Assembly (NCBI GenBank): GCA_963709585.1
Contig: CAVPXI010000021.1
Span: forward strand, 32,001 to 96,000
DNA: 64,000 nucleotides
Source of the DNA: Candidatus Dormiibacterota bacterium
GTDB lineage: Bacteria; Chloroflexota; Dormibacteria; Aeolococcales; Aeolococcaceae
Direction: 5' to 3'
Shown: positions 60,246-64,000 of the stretch, piece by piece
How the letters are laid out: each line of letters begins with the position of its first letter
Position numbering within the stretch: position 1 is the stretch's first letter
Notes under the pieces: generated by a model
What the model saw: only the letters and a program-made list of their open reading frames with translations
Told to the model about the DNA's origin: nothing
The model's database searches: none
Position numbers and translations under genes: made by a program

Positions 60246-61544
60246 ATGGAGTCGCGAGTTGCGGTCGATCGGATGGTGGTCACGGGGCATCGGATCGATG
60301 TTCCGCTGGACTGGAATGAGCCTTCGGGGGCGACGATCAGTGTCCATGCGCGCGAAGTTGTCGCGGCGGAGCATGCGGATGATGCGAAGCGTCCGGCGAT
60401 CGTGTGGTTTCAGGGCGGCCCGGGACACGAGGTCGCGTTTCCTGATCAGCGTGGGAGCTGGCTCGCGCAGCTGTTGACGCGGTATCGGGTGCTGCTGCTC
60501 GACCAGCGAGGCACGGGGTTGAGCACACCGCTCGAGGCACGTTCGCTGCCGTTCTCCGACCCGGTGGCGTTGGGTGACTACCTGCGCAACTTCCGCCAGG
60601 ACTCGATCGTGCGCGACGCTGATCGTCTGCGCGCGGTTCTCTATGGAGCGGACACGGACTGGTATGTCTTCGGACAGAGCTTCGGTGGATTTTGCTCGCT
60701 GACATATCTGTCGCTGCTGCCCGAGCACATCCGGGGGGTGATCATCACCGGCGGCTTCGCTCCAGTGCTGAATGAGACCGAGGAGATCTGTACCCGGCTG
60801 TTCAATCACGTGGCCACCCGCAACGCGGACTACTACGCACGCTTTCCCGATGACGCAGCGCGGGTGCGCCGGATCGTCGATCATCTCGAGACCGGCAACG
60901 AGGTCGACGGGCGGGGCCAGCAACTCAGCGCGCGCCGCTTTCTCATGCTCGGTATCAAGCTCGGTCTCCAGCACGGGGCTGCCGAGCTGCACGGCATCAT
61001 CGAGCGCGCCGACAACGATCTCGAACAGCTGCGCACGCTCAGCGGCGTCGTCCACGCGCATGTCGCTGCGACGATGTCACCTGCGACGAATCCCATCTAC
61101 ACGGTGCTGCACGAAGCCGCGTACTCCAACGGCCCGGCGACGCGCTGGGCGGCGGAGCGTGCGCGGCTCGCCGATCCGCGCTACGCCCTCGACGCGCAAC
61201 CGGTGCCGTACTTCACGGGGGAGGCCGTGTTCCCGTGGATGCTGGACGAACTTCGCGAGCTGCAGCCGCTGCGCGACGTCGCCGACGTGCTGGCGGAGCA
61301 TGAGGGCTGGCCGCGCCTCTATGACATACCGCGACTGCGGGCGAACACCGTCCCTGTTGTCGGCACCGTGTACTGGGACGACGAGTATGTGGAGCGGACC
61401 ATGGCGCTCGAGACGGTTTCGCTGCTGGGCAACTGCCGTCCGTGGATCACCAACGAGTACGAGCACGGTGCGTATCGCGTCGACCCTTCGCGCGTGGCCG
61501 ATCGGCTGTTCTCGATGCTCGATGACCTCACCGCACGCGGGTAG
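60246..61544 (+). CDS. Proline iminopeptidase-like alpha/beta hydrolase (S33)
   Basis: FQGGPG; LDQRGTGLS; GQSFGG; TNEYEHG. Confidence 0.88.
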   Translation: MESRVAVDRMVVTGHRIDVPLDWNEPSGATISVHAREVVAAEHADDAKRPAIVWFQGGPGHEVAFPDQRGSWLAQLLTRYRVLLLDQRGTGLSTPLEARSLPFSDPVALGDYLRNFRQDSIVRDADRLRAVLYGADTDWYVFGQSFGGFCSLTYLSLLPEHIRGVIITGGFAPVLNETEEICTRLFNHVATRNADYYARFPDDAARVRRIVDHLETGNEVDGRGQQLSARRFLMLGIKLGLQHGAAELHGIIERADNDLEQLRTLSGVVHAHVAATMSPATNPIYTVLHEAAYSNGPATRWAAERARLADPRYALDAQPVPYFTGEAVFPWMLDELRELQPLRDVADVLAEHEGWPRLYDIPRLRANTVPVVGTVYWDDEYVERTMALETVSLLGNCRPWITNEYEHGAYRVDPSRVADRLFSMLDDLTARG

Positions 61545-61548
61545 GCGC

Positions 61549-62019
61549 TCAGAGATCCTTCTTCATCCGGATCGACGTTTCGCGATAGCCGAGGCTTAGG
61601 TATAGGTCCCGGGCAACCTTGTTGTGGCCGAACACGTTGAGCGCCAGCGCGCGTAGCCCGTACCGCTTCGCCTCCTCCTCCGCGAGTTGCATCGCCTCGC
61701 GTCCGTAGCCGCGCCCCCGGAAAGTCTCGTCCACCTCGATGTTGTAGATGAAGCCCACACCTACGTCGCCTAATGGGTGCTGTAGCGAGAGCCAGAGCCA
61801 GCCCACCGCCTGGTTCTCGACGTCCAGGCGGAAGATCAACTGTCCAGGAGTGTCGAGTCCTTGAGGCAAGACCTCCGCGTCTTCGCGTCGCGCTTGTTCC
61901 TCAGCGACGGCGCGACTGAGGCCTCCCGACGCGACGATCTCGTCGATGTATCCCTCGAGTTCCTGCACTGACCAGGCAGCGTACTCATCGGGCGTGGGAC
62001 GGCGAAGGGTGACGTTCAT
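61549..62019 (-). CDS. GNAT acetyltransferase
   Basis: FRGRGYGR; LNVFGHNKVARDLYLSLGY. Confidence 0.92.
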   Translation of the reverse strand: MNVTLRRPTPDEYAAWSVQELEGYIDEIVASGGLSRAVAEEQARREDAEVLPQGLDTPGQLIFRLDVENQAVGWLWLSLQHPLGDVGVGFIYNIEVDETFRGRGYGREAMQLAEEEAKRYGLRALALNVFGHNKVARDLYLSLGYRETSIRMKKDL

Positions 62020-62227
62020 CGCGCTGCTCCATTCCTTTCCCTATGCGCTCGTCGTCGCGGATGCGGATTCGAGGCGGGGCGATGATAGCCATCTGACTGC
62101 ACAAGATGCGAGCACCTTCGACCGGCCGCCCACATTGCCAAGGTGTTGAGCGCATATCGGTTGTCGTCGTCTTCGTGATCTGCGCAAGCAACTGGCGCCG
62201 CATGCGGTCGGTATCTTGCCGCTGGAG

Positions 62228-62248
62228 CGAACATCTGTTTGCTATAAT
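62228..62248 (+). promoter_or_regulatory. SOS-box-like CGAACATCTGTTTG overlapping extended -10 TGcTATAAT
   Basis: GAAC-N4-GTTY matches the Gram-positive/Chloroflexi-type LexA box; ATG 6 nt after TATAAT. Confidence 0.7.
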
Positions 62249-62254
62249 ATTCAA

Positions 62255-63220
62255 ATGCAAAACCTCGGCGCTGTTGAACTTCAGGAGCGCGTCGGCGTGC
62301 TTGCGGCGCGCATCAACGCCGCTACAGCGGAACTGGTACAGCTGAGCGCAAACCTCGACACCGGCCCGTGGGCGGAAATCGGCGTGCGGTCGTGCGCGCA
62401 TTGGCTGTCGATCAACATCGGGTGCGACGTCTGGAACGGTGGAGAGATGGTTCGCGCGGGCCACGCACTCGAGGAACTCCCGGTGCTCAAAGCCGCATTC
62501 GCAGAGGGCCGGTTGTCCTTTGACAAGGTCCGAGCCGTCACGAAAGTCGCGACGCCAGACGATGACGAGATGTGGTGCCTAGTGGCACTGCACGCGTCCG
62601 GAGCTCAGCTCGCGCGCATCTGCCGAGGTGTCAAGCAGGCGCTTGATGCCGATGATCCTCGCCGCGCCGGCGACGCCCTTCTCAACCGCCGGCGTCCGGA
62701 CGTGGTGGCGTGACGACGGAATGTTGCAGTTGATGGCTGTGCTTCCCCGCGAAGACGGTGCCGTGGTCGTGGCTGCGCTCGAGGCGGCGGCACACCTGGT
62801 CGCGACGGAACAACGGCACGTCCCCTCTCCGGATCAACCGGAACTCGCTGCCGAGCACCGCACGCATCCGATGCTGCGCGCAGACGCTCTGTTTCGCCTG
62901 TGCGAGACGTGGATCGTGGCGGATGCAACTGTCCCGGTTGTCGCGCCCACGACGCAGGTCGTCGTCCACGTCGACGCTGACGCGTTGAGCGGCAATTTCA
63001 CCGGTGGGCGGTCGCACATTGAGAACGGTCCGTGGCTCTCGCCTGCCGCGGCGCGGTGGCTCAGTTGCGACGCGGACGTCGTCACCGTGACCGAGCGCGA
63101 TGGGCTGCCCCCCGCGATGGCGGTGCGCCGTACAGCCGGGAGTACGCCGTGTCGGCGCTCGCGGACGCCTGTGTCTTTGTGCGTGCCGCCGGCGCGGCGG
63201 CAAGAGCGGGTCCGGCGTAG
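62255..63220 (+). pseudogene. DUF222 (13E12-like) element lacking the HNH domain
   Basis: GVRSCAHWLS; LPVLKAAFAEGRLSFDKVRA; RADAL; VVVHVD; RWLSCDA, then no CxxPGC/HH motif. Confidence 0.7.
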
Positions 63221-63241
63221 TCTGGCCGCGGCGCGGCGATC

Positions 63242-64000
63242 CTAAGAGAAGTCTTTGAGCCGTCCCCACAATTCCGGGAGCGGGCGGTTGAGCGTGCAGA
63301 ACGTCACCGGCGCGCCTTGTTCGAGATTCACGACTTCGTACGGCACGACGAGATGCGTAACGAGCTTCGTGGACGTGCACATCCAGGCGAGGTCGGACGG
63401 TGCGTAGCCGACCATGAGCGCATCGGTTGCAGCGAGATCCTTCGGAAGCCAGTACCAGTCACTGAGCTGAGGACTGAAGCTCGCCGGAAGCAGCTTCGGG
63501 TTGCCGAAGATCTGGAGCGCACCGGCGACGCCGTAATCGGACGAGACGATGACCGTCGTGGCGCGCTGGGCGGGGGAAAGCGCCCCATAGATCGCCGTCA
63601 ACTGGTTGGTGATCTCGGGCCAGCCGACGGTGGAAGCGAGGTCGGTATCCAGCGTGTCGAGGCCGGTCGCGTGGAACTGATCCGCTGGCGTCAGTGGGAT
63701 GGTGATCTTCGCGAGGCTGACCAGTCCGACCAGGCTCGCGACCACCACCGCGACTGCCAGCCCAGACCGAAGCCGTGGCCGTTTGACGTTCGACAGCGCA
63801 ATGAGGCCGGCGGCCATGACGATGGGGATGGTCGGTCCCGGGTAGTAGTACTTCCCGACCAAGAGGTAGACGACCATCGGCGTCGCACACGCGATCCCAA
63901 TCGGGCGGATGCGTGCGTTGCCGAACAGTGAGATGAAGCCGGCGATCCAGAGCGGCGTGAGCAGGAAGAGAAGGACCAGGAAAAAGACAATGAAGTCAGT
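63242..64000 (-). CDS. Membrane glycosyltransferase (GT39/ArnT-like), 5' end outside window
   Basis: Frame open to window edge; GKYYY; VGWPE; DYGVAGAL; WYW. Confidence 0.7.
   Translation of the reverse strand, partial: TDFIVFFLVLLFLLTPLWIAGFISLFGNARIRPIGIACATPMVVYLLVGKYYYPGPTIPIVMAAGLIALSNVKRPRLRSGLAVAVVVASLVGLVSLAKITIPLTPADQFHATGLDTLDTDLASTVGWPEITNQLTAIYGALSPAQRATTVIVSSDYGVAGALQIFGNPKLLPASFSPQLSDWYWLPKDLAATDALMVGYAPSDLAWMCTSTKLVTHLVVPYEVVNLEQGAPVTFCTLNRPLPELWGRLKDFS

Noticed and set aside
3200-62700. Many frameshifts (about 3214, 5160, 7480, 7990-8360, 13735, 17545, 18330, 23911, 25519, 39240, 49320, 62690) as pseudogenes or programmed frameshifting
   Set aside because: They look like single-base indels, several in short homopolymers, share no slippery motif, and hit the essential glyQS; uncorrected sequencing errors are the simplest explanation
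1-64000. Long antisense or alternative-frame ORFs (for example 3-1160, 44397-46028, 46897-48687)
   Set aside because: Shadow ORFs expected in high-GC DNA opposite well-supported genes
1-64000. CRISPR array, rRNA, IS transposase, integrase, prophage or riboswitch
   Set aside because: No spaced repeats or recognisable motifs found by eye; a covariance-model search was not possible

Overview
High-GC bacterial chromosomal window. The gene set and order (recO-glyQS...ppdK...dnaG-rpoD; lepA-hemW-hrcA-grpE-dnaJ; RNase Y-like gene; CIRCE; GAAC-N4-GTTY SOS box) suggest a Terrabacteria lineage, possibly Ca. Dormibacterota or Chloroflexota-like (inference only). Positions 1-18.9 kb are an accessory patchwork of regulators, oxidoreductases, an MMPL exporter, VOC proteins, tag and a LigD-type ligase, lying downstream of tRNA-Gln. 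Positions 19-57 kb are mostly core genes, and 57-64 kb holds a LysR/RNase Y-like locus plus a decayed DUF222 element. About a dozen single-base frameshifts, including one in the essential glyQS, point to assembly indel errors rather than pseudogenes. Best candidates for uncharacterised systems: (1) a soluble DosS-like GAF kinase and NarL-type regulator with tandem operator-like sites in front of an SDR and a non-canonical QueA paralog; (2) an RNase Y paralog that has lost the KH GxxG RNA-binding loop, linked to a LysR and a divergent unknown helical protein; (3) an HTH/coiled-coil protein with a basic-aromatic tail directly upstream of dnaG-rpoD; (4) a ChlD/ChlI-like AAA+/vWA pair with no large chelatase subunit in the window. 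Many genes appear to be leaderless. All calls were made by eye; no searches were run.
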